This document shows, in pieces, positions 43,300 to 54,018 of a stretch of 64,000 nt of DNA. Every line of letters begins with the position of its first letter. The first letter of the stretch is position 1. The position numbers and the translations under genes were made by a program. Below the pieces are notes generated by a model, which did not search any database, had not been told where the DNA came from, and saw only the letters and a list, made by a program, of their open reading frames with translations. Source of the DNA: Mayamaea pseudoterrestris (Eukaryota); the NCBI GenBank assembly GCA_027923505.1, contig BROI01000002.1, positions 2,170,001 to 2,234,000 on the forward strand, written 5' to 3'.

Positions 43300-43815
43300 A
43301 TGAGTCCACGAGAACGACCGCAACTAGAAGACATTGAGCGCTCTAGCAGCGCATCCTTTGAATCAGAGGAGAAGACCCGCAAATCTGTGCGCTTTTCCGA
43401 CATTAAAGTTCGAGAATACAATCGCACCATTGGCGACCACCCAGAGGCTGCCGGTTACCCAATCACACTCGATTGGGAGTATGTTGAGAATGCTGCAACA
43501 CCTCTTGACGTTTACGAGAAAGAACGACCTGTGAAGCGAAGAAATTTACGACTCTCCAACGTTACGCGAAAAAACTTGCTGATCAACGTGTTCCAAGTCG
43601 ACGAGGCCGAGCTGCAGCGAGCCGACAGCGAAGTCAAGCGCATTCGAAAGCAACGCGAGAACAGCAATAAGCAAGGGAAAATGGCTGCAAAGATGGAATC
43701 TGCTTTAATACAGACACGGCGAAAGCTGCGAAAGACCTTCTTTTCAAGAGAGGAACTTTTTCAGGGTTTTGCAATCGCTTCGGGCATGCACGTTTCCGGT
43801 GTTTCGGTCTACTGA
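43300..43815 (+). CDS. Conserved diatom hypothetical protein with VRF..IxVREY.RTIGDHP..G.PITLDWEY motif (CSRNP-N-like, RVxF-containing)
   Basis: 171-aa frame from the ATG at 43300 in a cacc-ATG context. The motif is recognisable as a recurrent diatom multigene family of unknown function. Confidence 0.7.
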   Translation: MSPRERPQLEDIERSSSASFESEEKTRKSVRFSDIKVREYNRTIGDHPEAAGYPITLDWEYVENAATPLDVYEKERPVKRRNLRLSNVTRKNLLINVFQVDEAELQRADSEVKRIRKQRENSNKQGKMAAKMESALIQTRRKLRKTFFSREELFQGFAIASGMHVSGVSVY

Positions 43816-44561
43816 GTGCATTAGTCTCGATGCATTTGCACAAATTGTACATAGAACTTTAACAAAATACATTTAGTACATCAATGTTGCTTATAACTTA
43901 CTCCTAGTCTCTTCCATAGATCGATGGTCGTCCTCCGTGGAGTCTCGGCTGTGCATCGTCGGCAGTTGAGGTGGAAGAAGGTTGATGAGTCAGCGCGACC
44001 GATAAAAACCCCGAAAGCCAGTCCCACACGAATGTTGGGCAATACAAAGTAGGAATAATCACCTTTGATTGGCTAGTTGAGATTCGGTCATTTAATTGAC
44101 ACAAAATCAGTGCGCCAGAAATAGAGACACGCAACGTCACCCAAAACGTCACAAATCAGTCGTCGTAAAAATACTCCGATCTGAGTTTGTGAACTATACG
44201 TACGAGTATGAAGTACCTTGCCGGTGTGATATGAAACATGCCAACCGTGTCTTTGTTAACGTGCTGGGCCTGCAAGTCTTCAAAAATGTCTAAGTCCCAG
44301 TTTGCATGGGTTTTCCATGTATTGGACCTTCCTGGTGGGATGCCGAAGCTATCATATATGGTCAAACGTGTGATGGTAGCCTAGCCCTTACCTTAACTTT
44401 GTTCAACCTACCAAACGTCGAAAATCGATCCGTGATCGAAAGGAACCGTGAACGTGAAGGCCGCCATCAATGCGGTTCGCTTCCTGCCACGCGTATCTTT
44501 CGATATAGCGCGTCGCATGTTGACACAAAGATACAATCGATACGCCTATAACAAGCATACA

Positions 44562-45021
44562 ATGAGCTCCTTCATCAACAAGATTGTGCCGACCGCTCAG
44601 CAGGTTAACTTGGCTCGCCGTTGGACTGTTCAGAACGAAAATGACCTTGTGCAGGTAAGCGGGACGAAACATGCAGTATGGTTTGACAGCTTTGAAGTTG
44701 GTCTCACTTGAAATCTTTTTTCTGCAATCCAAATAAACAGGAGAACCTTTTCGGTAAGTCAAACGAGCTCGTGAATATATTGGATAGAAGTCTCTTAAAA
44801 GGCAATGCGACTCGCACTGACAGGCGTTCTTTTCACTTTTAGAGGACGACTTTATGGACATTAGCAAGCAGTCCCACGACCATGATACCTGCAGAAAGAT
44901 GTCGGAGCATTTGCTCCACTTTAAAGACATGCCGGTGGACTGCCTCCAGTATTCCGACGTTGCTTTCGAGCTGAAGCGCCGCGATTCGGATACGACTCAT
45001 CCGTCGTCCATGCTCAGCTAA
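44562..45021 (+). CDS. Small hypothetical protein (94 aa), three exons including a 13-nt micro-exon
   Basis: Exons 44562-44654, 44741-44753, 44843-45021. Introns 44655-44740 (GTAAGC..AACAG) and 44754-44842 (GTAAGT..CTGAC..TTTTAG). The total of 285 nt is in frame to TAA. Confidence 0.65.
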
Positions 45022-45422
45022 AGGGGCAGATGTTCATGCAAGAAACTGAATTGAGCGAAAGGAGCATGAATGACCCTTTAAATACATTTTATCAAACTAA
45101 AAGCATATGCTACTTTACTTTTTCTAGTAATCTAAGCAATAAGGTCACTTGGAGACGATCGTTTTGCTTCACAGCTATGCGCACATTCGCTACGACTGCT
45201 ACTATTTTTTGTAAATGAAATTGTATACAAGTATTAATACAAAACCTTGTTGAGGATATGAATATACGTTAAACAATCAAAGTATGAAGTAGTTGCATCA
45301 TGATGCATGTCGTTCCGCCGGAATTAGTCGTCAGTAGTTGTTGGGTCGTCAGTGTCTCGACAGATTCGCCCGAACGAAGAGTGTAGCTGCCATGTAGGCT
45401 TCATCATCAAACTTGGCAAAGC

Positions 45423-46432
45423 CTACGGCGACGGCATGACAATCTCACCATCGTCCATGCTCATTTCCATCAATTCATCCTCCGTCAACAAACCCGCCTT
45501 GCGCGCGGCGTAGCCCATGAGAACGCCGCGCTTCTTGGCCGACTGCACAAAGCTCTTGTAGTAGCAGCGGATGCGGTCGCGGACCGTGACAAAGTTAAAG
45601 TCGGCTTCGTCAAAAATGTAGCCGTGTTCGGTAGCTAGCTCGAGCAAGCGCTCGGTCAATCGATTATTGTATGACTTTTGCTGGACCGTGTAGTTGAGAG
45701 CCGAGTGGTTCAAGTACTCGTCTCGATTGGCAATGAGGAACTGTTCAAGCTGCAACGGCACGAAAAAAAGAGACGTACACGTGAGATACTGCGAGGCTCC
45801 GACAAGATATAAAAAAACACAAAAAGACGTACCTCTGGGTAGTTCTTCCAGCTAAACTTTTTGCGTCCAATCTTCTTGCCGACTAAACCATGCGGCGGAA
45901 TTCCTTGGAGAGGTTTCGACCGCTTCGACTTTGGGATCTCATGCGGCGAGTGAGAACGATCGTCGACGAGACAAAGGCTCACTTTGGCCTTGGGCGGCTG
46001 GCTGTGCTGTCGGCGATGCGCACGCGTGCGAAACGTGGGCGATGAGGCAGCACCAGGCGAAACGATAGCCGCCGCCGCTGAAACGTATTCAACATGCGGC
46101 AATGTCGACGGCGAATCCATAGCCTTGGGAGACTGGTCGAGGGAGACTGTGCGAATGCGATTGGCTGGGTAAAACTGGTCGGCAGCGACAGGCGATGATA
46201 GAATCGAAAAGAGCGATTCCGATCGGCGTTCTGGAAGCTTCGCCTTGGACTGATCATCGTTGTCATCATCCGATGACAGATAGGGAAAGGATGGAAGAGT
46301 CAGATCATCGCGCCAAAGATTAGTCATGCCTCCATGACTGATTTCGCTCTTGCAAATGTCCGCAATGGACAGCAAGAGTGCTGCATCCTTTGAAGTTTCG
46401 AGGTTCTCGGTATGCGAAACCGTTCGAAACAT
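45423..46432 (-). CDS. Hypothetical protein A with unassigned C-terminal helical domain (FSWKxYPE...RDRIRCYYKS)
   Basis: Exons 46432-45833 and 45749-45423, intron 45832-45750 (GTACGT..TGCAG). The domain is shared with the divergent neighbour at 47364-48251. Alternative ATG at 46492. Confidence 0.8.
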
Positions 46433-47363
46433 GGCAGTTTTTTGTCCGTGAACTCCTGGAAGGACAAGACGCTTGCAGAGCTTCGGGTGCATGTTTCTGC
46501 TTCATTGAATAAAGAAAGTAGTCGGTGAGAATCAAGCTGTATAGTCGACATGCCTTCGAACCTTTGGCTGGTTGCATGCAAATCTCAGCGCGCTGCTCCG
46601 ATGAGAGTTCTCGAAGCAATCGGCTTTCAACAGCTCGGCCTAGACTCGCATCTTCAATTTCCTGCTCGCCCGACTAGTTTATCTTACCTGGTACTCAATG
46701 AATATATTATAAACAGATCAACTGATGGCAATCGGCGTTTGTTGTATTGGTGCTGATCGAAAAACTTTTTGCGATCGGCGCCAGCAGTTGCTTGCCTTCA
46801 CACTCGTCTGACACCACCGCGTGTTCGCGGATTGCGTTCTGCTCGCGCGCGAATGCTCGTGCCCAACGTTGATTGGTTAGCGGTTGACACGTCCCTATCA
46901 CTTTCAAGATGAAACTGGCACGGAAAGTACGCACAATGCACGATCCAAACGTCAATGCAGAAAAAGAACATCTACCCTTCTCGAGGAACAACATTGGAAA
47001 CCTATGGCCCGCATGATACCAATGAGGCTGTTTCGAGCGTTCGCGACTTCCGCGCCAAACCAACCATTGACCGCGCTGGCGCGGTGGCTTATGTATCCGT
47101 GATCTTTCATGTTTCTCACCTCGACTCAGACAACGTCAGCTTTGTACTGTTTTCTCCATACCCAATCGTGAATACGCTGATTGTGATCGACGTCGGCGAC
47201 TGAAACTGGATTGGGTTCCATCCCTCGACGAACGAACGCAAACGATGAGCCGATGCTTTGTTCCTCTCCTGCAGAACATGGCCATTTGATCATCTATTGA
47301 CTCGAATCTTTACTTAAAACGATAGCAGAGTCACCATCAACTAGGATTGATCCGACGTGTAGC

Positions 47364-48251
47364 ATGATGCCAGTGACGATGATGAATCTTCCAAAGTTTG
47401 ACCATGATTTCGTCCGGATTCAGCCGGCGAAGAATTCACCAAGCGAGGCTGCCAGACTCTTACTCAAGGTGAAGGAAATTGCCATAAAGGAGTTTGAATC
47501 TTTTGTTATTGACGTAAAGGAGAATAAGACAAAGATTGAAGCATACAAGGACGAGGATATCTATTGTCCTCGCTCGCCAGTGTCGATTGTCCAGGAAGGA
47601 GAACGCTCCAAACCAAGATTTGCCAACGTATCTTCTCCGATTCCAACTCGTCATTCCACCACGTACCACCTTGTCACTCCTCCACTAGCTCCGACAAAGC
47701 ACAAGCTTCTACCAGAGCCATTGGAAGGCGATTACGACGTCATGTCGATATCAAGTTTCGTCGAATCCGATGACGACGACGACATGCCGATGGACAAGCT
47801 TGCCACGACTCCACGCGCGAGCCAACGTAACGAAACAACCTCCAAACACAAGACGCAAGCCGAGACCATTCTCCGTCCAAAGTTTTCGTGGAAGACGTAC
47901 CCCGAGCTCGAAAGCTACTTGGTGGAGCATCGATCCAAGTACCTTCAGTTTTCGTCGCAGCGCAACTATACGCGCGACCAGAAGCGCTACAACAACAAGT
48001 TGACGCAGGGGTTGCTGGCATTGGCGAGCGAATCGGGTTACGTGTTTGAAGGCTTCACGTTTGCGGCCATTCGTGATCGCATTAGGTATGTATCATGTTG
48101 AGTTATTGTCTAGTCGTCTAGCTTTTGAAACATCGCGAACGATGGCGCACCTCACACTATCTGCGCTATTTCGTTACAAAGGTGCTACTACAAGAGCTAC
48201 GTTCAGGCCTGCAAAAAGAAGAAGCGAGTTCGAAGAAAGCATCGCAGCTGA
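47364..48251 (+). CDS. Hypothetical protein B, paralogue of A (same C-terminal domain, basic tail)
   Basis: Exons 47364-48085 and 48182-48251, intron 48086-48181 (GTATGT..AAAG). Splicing gives IRDRIR|CYYKSYVQACKKKKRVRRKHRS, matching paralogue A's uninterrupted VRDRIRCYYKSFVQSAKKRG. Confidence 0.8.
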
Positions 48252-48560
48252 AATCATTTCTCTTGAGATGCGTTTGCTTCCTTGGCACATGGGTTTTTGA
48301 TTAAAAGATTCAAGGAACAAGACGAGTCACATGGGGCCATCTCTGGTCATGCACTCCAGTACATTTTTACATCGCGAGGCAGCAACTTTTGCAAATTCAC
48401 TTCAATACGCGAAACAGTGTCTCGCTGCATTCATCAGTACATAGAAGTAGTCGACATGCATTGCATGCGTTAGGTTTTACTGTTAACCATTTTTTTATAC
48501 TCCATTTTATTCTATCGTAGCTTAGATATCAATGGCGCAATATAGTCGATTGCACTTTGC

Positions 48561-51500
48561 CTACTTCATTTTATCGCGTCCGCGAATGATTCTGCGAGCC
48601 ATGGCCAAGCAGTCGTCAAGCTGGCTGCGTATATCCTTTGAAACTTCAAAATCCTCCTCTTCGTCAAACAATTTGCCGGTAAATGGTTTGATATCATCGT
48701 CATCTACGATGCGAAGGTCTCCTCGTTCTCCAATCAAACTAACAAGCGATTTTCTCAACTTGCCGAGCTTCTGGGCCAACTCGATATCCTTGATGATACA
48801 TTTCTTCGCTGGCCACCAGGGAAAGCGCTCGGCTTTAACCATGACTATATCGTCAGTCACCCGTACGTCGGCCCAAACCTCAGAAGGACCGCTGAACGAC
48901 GAAGTCTTCTTAACCTTGTTTTTCGACAAGCGTTCCGTGTCCTTCTCCCATCGTGTGATTGCTTTAAGTAGGTCATGGTGCTCAATCTCCATCTTGGTAA
49001 GTTTGATGCTAGCGTCATGCGTAAAGCCGGCAACGAGGGATGCCAAGCGAGCAATCGTCTTGCAAGTCGTAACTGCCTCGATCCAATCGTTGCGAGACGT
49101 GTCTACTTCACCGCCAAGGCTGGAAGTGAGAAAGGTAGCATCGGCCGACAAGACCGAAGGCATGGCCTCTTGATCATCGTCTGCATCATGACCATCATTG
49201 GCTTCGTCTTCGTCCTCGTCCGCATCGCTGTCGTAGCCTCCATGATCTTCAAGAACTTGCAAAGCAGCTACTTTGCAACCTCCGGCGGCCCCTTTTTGGT
49301 ACTGCAGGAGACTCGCTCGGAGACCAGCGACCACATCCGGCATGTGGGCCTTGCGTGCCGATGTTATTGCGGCGACCACTAGTTCGCGAATCATGACATG
49401 CTTTCTGGTCATTGTTTGGCCAACCTGGTGTATTAGTTTTCTCCACTGTCGATCATGTTTTTCATTTTGAGCTTGATCGGTTTGGGCATCGTCAACGGAC
49501 ATATTGTCATCGGCGAGAGCCACGTCACTTGCTATCGCAGCTTGGTTAGTCATATCAGCAATGCGTTCTTCCAACGCTAGTATAGGCTGTCGAAGCAAAG
49601 CGATAATTGCGGACGTGGATGTGGCGACATTAGTAGAAGTTGCTTGCTGGGGGCTCATTACTCGTTGTCGTTTCGACGAGGAGTCGACGTTATCTGCTAT
49701 ATCAGCAAGACGACCGCGCTTGATAAAAGGCGATGAGTCACTACCATGGCCAATGGACGATCTAGCTTGCCCAACACTGGGTGGTCCAATCACGACAGGG
49801 CTCGCTTCATTCCACGCGTACACAGCTTCCTCAAGCTTTGAGGTCCACGCCTTGCGATCAGTGCCTTCATTTTCTAAAGGTGACAGCTTCTGGCATTGCT
49901 CCTCAAGTTCGAGCAAGTCTTGGACAATAATACCGATTAGACCAGTTCCATCTATATTCCCGCTCGGAACAAGTTTACTGCATTGAGCCACGTCAGGTAT
50001 TCCCTTAAGCGCCCGTTTCTCCCGCGATCGCCTCGTATCAATACCTTTTCGCTTGTCAAACTTCTGTAACAAAGCAAGCCCGGTCAGCTCCTCGTAATCG
50101 AGCGGTTGTGGCTCAGTGTCGGATTTCTCATTCATTTTCTTCTCGAGAGCAGCGATCTCGCTCTCAACTTCAGCAAGTTCTTCTTCGGCGGCGCCTGCCA
50201 ATCGACCACTTCGGCGTCCAAACTCCTCATCACATTTCAACCTGGCAGCATCGAGGCGTTCTAGCAAGCTTGCCTTGGTTTTTGACAAATTACTTGCAGC
50301 CTCGACCTCCTTGATGTCATCGTAAAGAAACCTCCGCAGTGATTGCTGCGGACCTTGGCCCATCAACTCCTCGTAAAGATCATGCTCACGTTTCCCTCTA
50401 ATGTCGAGGCTAGACGTGAACAAATCAAACAAGGACGTCGTCTCAATTACATGCCATGATCTACGAGGCAACTGGACGTCAAGTGGCAGGTGCGTCGCAA
50501 CACTCGAGGGCGGTCGCAGATCTTCTACGTATAGAAACTCGGGATCATGTCGGAAGCAAAAGACAGCGTTAAAGTTTCTATCGTATCCGACAGGTTCGGT
50601 CCGAGCGACAAGCTTGTGAATACCTTTCTCATAGGCATCGTTTGCTTTTTGTTGCTGCTTCTTGGCCGTTTCGAATTGTTTCTTTGAGGCAGTCGGCTTG
50701 AAAGTCTCGTCTGGCTTTTCTTCCTTTTCAGCTCCGGCAACAGCATCGTCTCCATTGTCTTTCTTTTCATCATTCGCAACCACCTTTTTAGCTGCCGCCT
50801 TTTTGGGACCCTCAAACGCAAGTCGCACTTGTCGAAACTTGATATCAGCCGCTCGCTTGGCTTTCAGCAACGACTGCATCTCCTCCTCGCGCGCCGCAAG
50901 GTCGCGTCCAATGGTAGGATGCATGGCCAAAATATCATCCGTCAATGCTCGCAGCAGCGCCATGACTTCGTCCGCCGACAAATTCCAAGGATCTTGTTTT
51001 GCAAGTTTAAAGTATGCTCGATACAAGACGCTTTGTGCATCGCCCAAATAACCCTTGTATCCATCCGGCAGTGGCACAGACAAAGCAGCCGATTCCACTT
51101 GCGTTTCCTCGTTAACGCTCGTTTTGGAAAAGGGTGTCATGGCCACGGTCGGTTGTTCCTTGACGCCCAGCAAGTATTCAATGTCAGTGTTGAAGCAAGG
51201 CAATACGTTGGCATCGCGCGTGGCATCCGTCGTGGCGTAGCGCTCCATGGCATCCATGTATAAAAAGCAAACGTCGGCCCAGCTGGCCGGCGTCAAGGCG
51301 GGCATTAAATACTTGTGCAAATCGCGTCGCAACTGCAGCTCGGCCTTGGTCAAGCCTTCGGCGTATACACCATTTGGAGGCGGACCGCACAGAATGGACA
51401 AGCACGTGACAAACAAGTGTGTCACCAGCGGAGGCAGCATGCGCGAAACCTTGGCGTTGCCATAGTGAATTTGCTCCACACTGTACACCAAGTGCTTGAG

Positions 51501-52415
51501 CGTAAATTCTACCACGAGCGGACGATCCACATCGTCTCCCACGTAGTGAACGTCGCCTCGAAAAAAGTGATACACTTGCAACAAGTCTGGCACGAGTCCA
51601 AAACTACCGTAATCCAAGCCATCCACTTTGGAGGCCTGCTTGATCTTGTCGGGCGTCTTGCCGAACCGACTGGAGTCGTCAAACGGCCGCGTCAAACTGA
51701 AAAAGTACGGCAAATACGGCCGCGAAATGACATCCGCCGGCGGCTTGACATTCAGTTCCTTGTCTTCAACATGCAGCTTGGTGTCTTCCATGGGATAGCG
51801 ACGTTTGCGTAGCCTGTCGGCGCGCTCCTTGGTTTTGCGTTCCAGCTCGACGGAGCGTTTTCGAGCCGCTTCCTGGCGTTCCATCTTTTCCTGGCTCTTG
51901 GTCAATTCCTCGGGCGTCATTGTAGCTTGCAGCGTAGCGAGCTTTTCCGCGTTGAGGCGCTGCGTTTCTTCCGCCGACTTTGGCTTTTTCGTAGTTGCAC
52001 TAGTTGATTCCTTTTTCTTTTTTGCCTTGGACTTGTCCTTCCACGCCGCATTTAACTTGTAGGAGCATTTGATTTTGACGAATCGACCATTCTTGACGCC
52101 CGTTTTGAGTGCATTGAAAAAGTGGCGCTTGCACTGGGGCTTGGTCGTTTCCTCCGCGTAATTGGATTGCATCCATTTCCATAGCGCAACGTTGCTGCTG
52201 CCGGTCCGGTCCTTGAGCGATGCAATGGCTTCGTGGCAATAGTCTATATAAGTTTTGGTGTTTGTTGTGGAAGTTGATGAAATGCTACTCCGGCGCTTCT
52301 TGTTTCCCTTTTGCGAAGGTGGCGTTGCTGCCGGACTGGCATCGTTGGATGGAGGTAATCCCTCGTCAGCGGCGGCATCATTTGAATTAGGAGATGATGA
52401 ATGAGCATCAAGCAT
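48561..52415 (-). CDS. Chromatin protein: linker-histone H1/H5 globular domain + DDT + WHIM1 + WSD (WHIM2/3) + PWWP (ISWI-partner, BAZ/ACF1-like)
   Basis: H15: YIDYCHEAIASLKDRTGSS..ALKTGVKNGRFVKIKCSYKL. DDT region: RYPMED..VPDLLQVYHFF. WHIM1: PWNLSADEVMALLRAL. WSD: RTEPVGYDRNFN and SLDIRGKREHDL. PWWP: VMVKAERFPWWPA. Confidence 0.8.
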   Translation of the reverse strand: MLDAHSSSPNSNDAAADEGLPPSNDASPAATPPSQKGNKKRRSSISSTSTTNTKTYIDYCHEAIASLKDRTGSSNVALWKWMQSNYAEETTKPQCKRHFFNALKTGVKNGRFVKIKCSYKLNAAWKDKSKAKKKKESTSATTKKPKSAEETQRLNAEKLATLQATMTPEELTKSQEKMERQEAARKRSVELERKTKERADRLRKRRYPMEDTKLHVEDKELNVKPPADVISRPYLPYFFSLTRPFDDSSRFGKTPDKIKQASKVDGLDYGSFGLVPDLLQVYHFFRGDVHYVGDDVDRPLVVEFTLKHLVYSVEQIHYGNAKVSRMLPPLVTHLFVTCLSILCGPPPNGVYAEGLTKAELQLRRDLHKYLMPALTPASWADVCFLYMDAMERYATTDATRDANVLPCFNTDIEYLLGVKEQPTVAMTPFSKTSVNEETQVESAALSVPLPDGYKGYLGDAQSVLYRAYFKLAKQDPWNLSADEVMALLRALTDDILAMHPTIGRDLAAREEEMQSLLKAKRAADIKFRQVRLAFEGPKKAAAKKVVANDEKKDNGDDAVAGAEKEEKPDETFKPTASKKQFETAKKQQQKANDAYEKGIHKLVARTEPVGYDRNFNAVFCFRHDPEFLYVEDLRPPSSVATHLPLDVQLPRRSWHVIETTSLFDLFTSSLDIRGKREHDLYEELMGQGPQQSLRRFLYDDIKEVEAASNLSKTKASLLERLDAARLKCDEEFGRRSGRLAGAAEEELAEVESEIAALEKKMNEKSDTEPQPLDYEELTGLALLQKFDKRKGIDTRRSREKRALKGIPDVAQCSKLVPSGNIDGTGLIGIIVQDLLELEEQCQKLSPLENEGTDRKAWTSKLEEAVYAWNEASPVVIGPPSVGQARSSIGHGSDSSPFIKRGRLADIADNVDSSSKRQRVMSPQQATSTNVATSTSAIIALLRQPILALEERIADMTNQAAIASDVALADDNMSVDDAQTDQAQNEKHDRQWRKLIHQVGQTMTRKHVMIRELVVAAITSARKAHMPDVVAGLRASLLQYQKGAAGGCKVAALQVLEDHGGYDSDADEDEDEANDGHDADDDQEAMPSVLSADATFLTSSLGGEVDTSRNDWIEAVTTCKTIARLASLVAGFTHDASIKLTKMEIEHHDLLKAITRWEKDTERLSKNKVKKTSSFSGPSEVWADVRVTDDIVMVKAERFPWWPAKKCIIKDIELAQKLGKLRKSLVSLIGERGDLRIVDDDDIKPFTGKLFDEEEDFEVSKDIRSQLDDCLAMARRIIRGRDKMK

Positions 52416-52990
52416 TGCTGCGTCTCTTGTAGGCTGTATATGTGATGAAGAGTCGAAAGATGAGATACGAGAGCCAATGGATGTAGGCTAGGAGTTGCAA
52501 CGTTCTCACGCGAAACGTCGCGGCGAAACACGTCGCAACGAATGGTGGCGGTCGATCCAAGCTGTCGGAGGGGTGTTTCGTCCACGGCTTTCGCGAGGGT
52601 CGATGCGAGACATAGAAAGCTCAAAATGAACCAAAAACAACACGTTGCAAGACTCTACACGTACCTGAACATGATCCTTCAAGTCCATAATGAATTTGTT
52701 TGCTGGTGGCGGGACTACAAGGGGCTCGAGTATGGCGATTCGACGGCCGATGTTGTGACGACGGAAAGGAAAAACGCGTTGCACTTTCGCGCCATTTTGT
52801 GAAATCCCTAAGTAAACACCACGGAAACCTTAAGTATGACGTTTCGAACGAATTTCGGGCCTTCGTCATCGAGGTTCCTTTCATCATCGCCCCTCTCCCA
52901 CGATCACCATTACATACTTTATACACAGTCAATCGAGCATATAACATCAGTGGAAACGTTCCATTGTAATACAATAGAGAACAGCTTATC

Positions 52991-53884
52991 ATGATGAATT
53001 CCTATCGAAGACTAGCAGGCCGAGCACCACCGATGAGCGCCCTGCTCCAGACGCGCCAACTGCCACTGCCACGAGCACATCAGCATGATTTTGGACGAAG
53101 ATTTTCCGTATTGTCCACTCTGAAACGGTCAAACTCTTTATTTATAAATCAAGATGGCAACGATGAACAAAAACAACGTAGTGTGTTTCCTCGAATCTCC
53201 ATTGTACAGCCGCTGTCGACGCACCATGATGCATTTTCAACTAGCAAGCCTACAACTGAATCAGACGACGACGACAAACCCAGCAATAAGTATTCGCATC
53301 GCGTCTCCGACATGAAGCAAAACATGCGCGAACGAGCCGGCTCCTTTCGCAACAGCGCCCGCCAAAACCTGCAAAGCTTCAAAAACGATCCACGCTCGCA
53401 AACCAAGGCTGGCGCCAAGTCGGTGACGGCCATGCTCAAGCAGTACGGACCCGTCTTTGTCGCCACCTACATGAGTGTCTATTTAACAACACTGGGTTGC
53501 TTGTTTCTCGGCGTCGAAAGTGGTTTCCTGGATCCCGCCGGACTGTTTTCGTCGCTGGGTCATGCTACCACGCAAGGTTCCGCCAAGGGCGAAACGCTGA
53601 GCACGGTGCAGCTCGTGACGGATTTCATGCGTCACCACGCGTGGCTGGAGCAGTACGCGCCCTACTTTGAGCGCAACCCCGAGGTGGCCAATTTGGCCGT
53701 GGCGTGGATCGCCGTCAAGTTCACCGAGCCGGTGCGATTGGCTTTGTCGGTGGCAGTGACACCAAAGATTGCGCAGTACTTTGGATATGCGACGAAAAAA
53801 GTGGTGCTAGTGGAAGTGGACAAAGATGTTGATGCAAAACAAGTGGAGGATGCTTTGAATGACGAAAAGGACAGTCGGCGGTAG
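52991..53884 (+). CDS. FAM210/DUF1279 family membrane protein, probably mitochondrial
   Basis: LKQYGPVFVATYMSVY...NLAVAWIAVKFTEPVRLALSVAVTPKIA. The Arg-rich, acid-poor N-terminus resembles a mitochondrial presequence. Confidence 0.8.
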   Translation: MMNSYRRLAGRAPPMSALLQTRQLPLPRAHQHDFGRRFSVLSTLKRSNSLFINQDGNDEQKQRSVFPRISIVQPLSTHHDAFSTSKPTTESDDDDKPSNKYSHRVSDMKQNMRERAGSFRNSARQNLQSFKNDPRSQTKAGAKSVTAMLKQYGPVFVATYMSVYLTTLGCLFLGVESGFLDPAGLFSSLGHATTQGSAKGETLSTVQLVTDFMRHHAWLEQYAPYFERNPEVANLAVAWIAVKFTEPVRLALSVAVTPKIAQYFGYATKKVVLVEVDKDVDAKQVEDALNDEKDSRR

Positions 53885-54018
53885 GCTTGAATAATATGGG
53901 AAATTTGTCGCCTTGTTAAGTATGCGCGACTCGTTAGCCTGGGAATGTTTATAGACTCGATAGACATGATGCTTTCATGTACTTTCAACTATAGTTTATA
54001 ATTGCTATAAAGTGATGT

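Noticed and set aside
43904..44518. Minus-strand frames separated by one TGA (possible selenoprotein, pseudogene or 3-exon gene)
   Set aside because: There is no Cys/redox context or recognisable family. The splice model needs a weak donor (GTACTT) and a start only ~45 bp from the neighbouring gene's ATG. Unsupported without RNA data.
48532..52062. Numerous 60-210-aa plus-strand ORFs opposite the DDT gene (and similar ones opposite other long CDSs)
   Set aside because: Antisense shadows of real coding sequence with no independent motifs.
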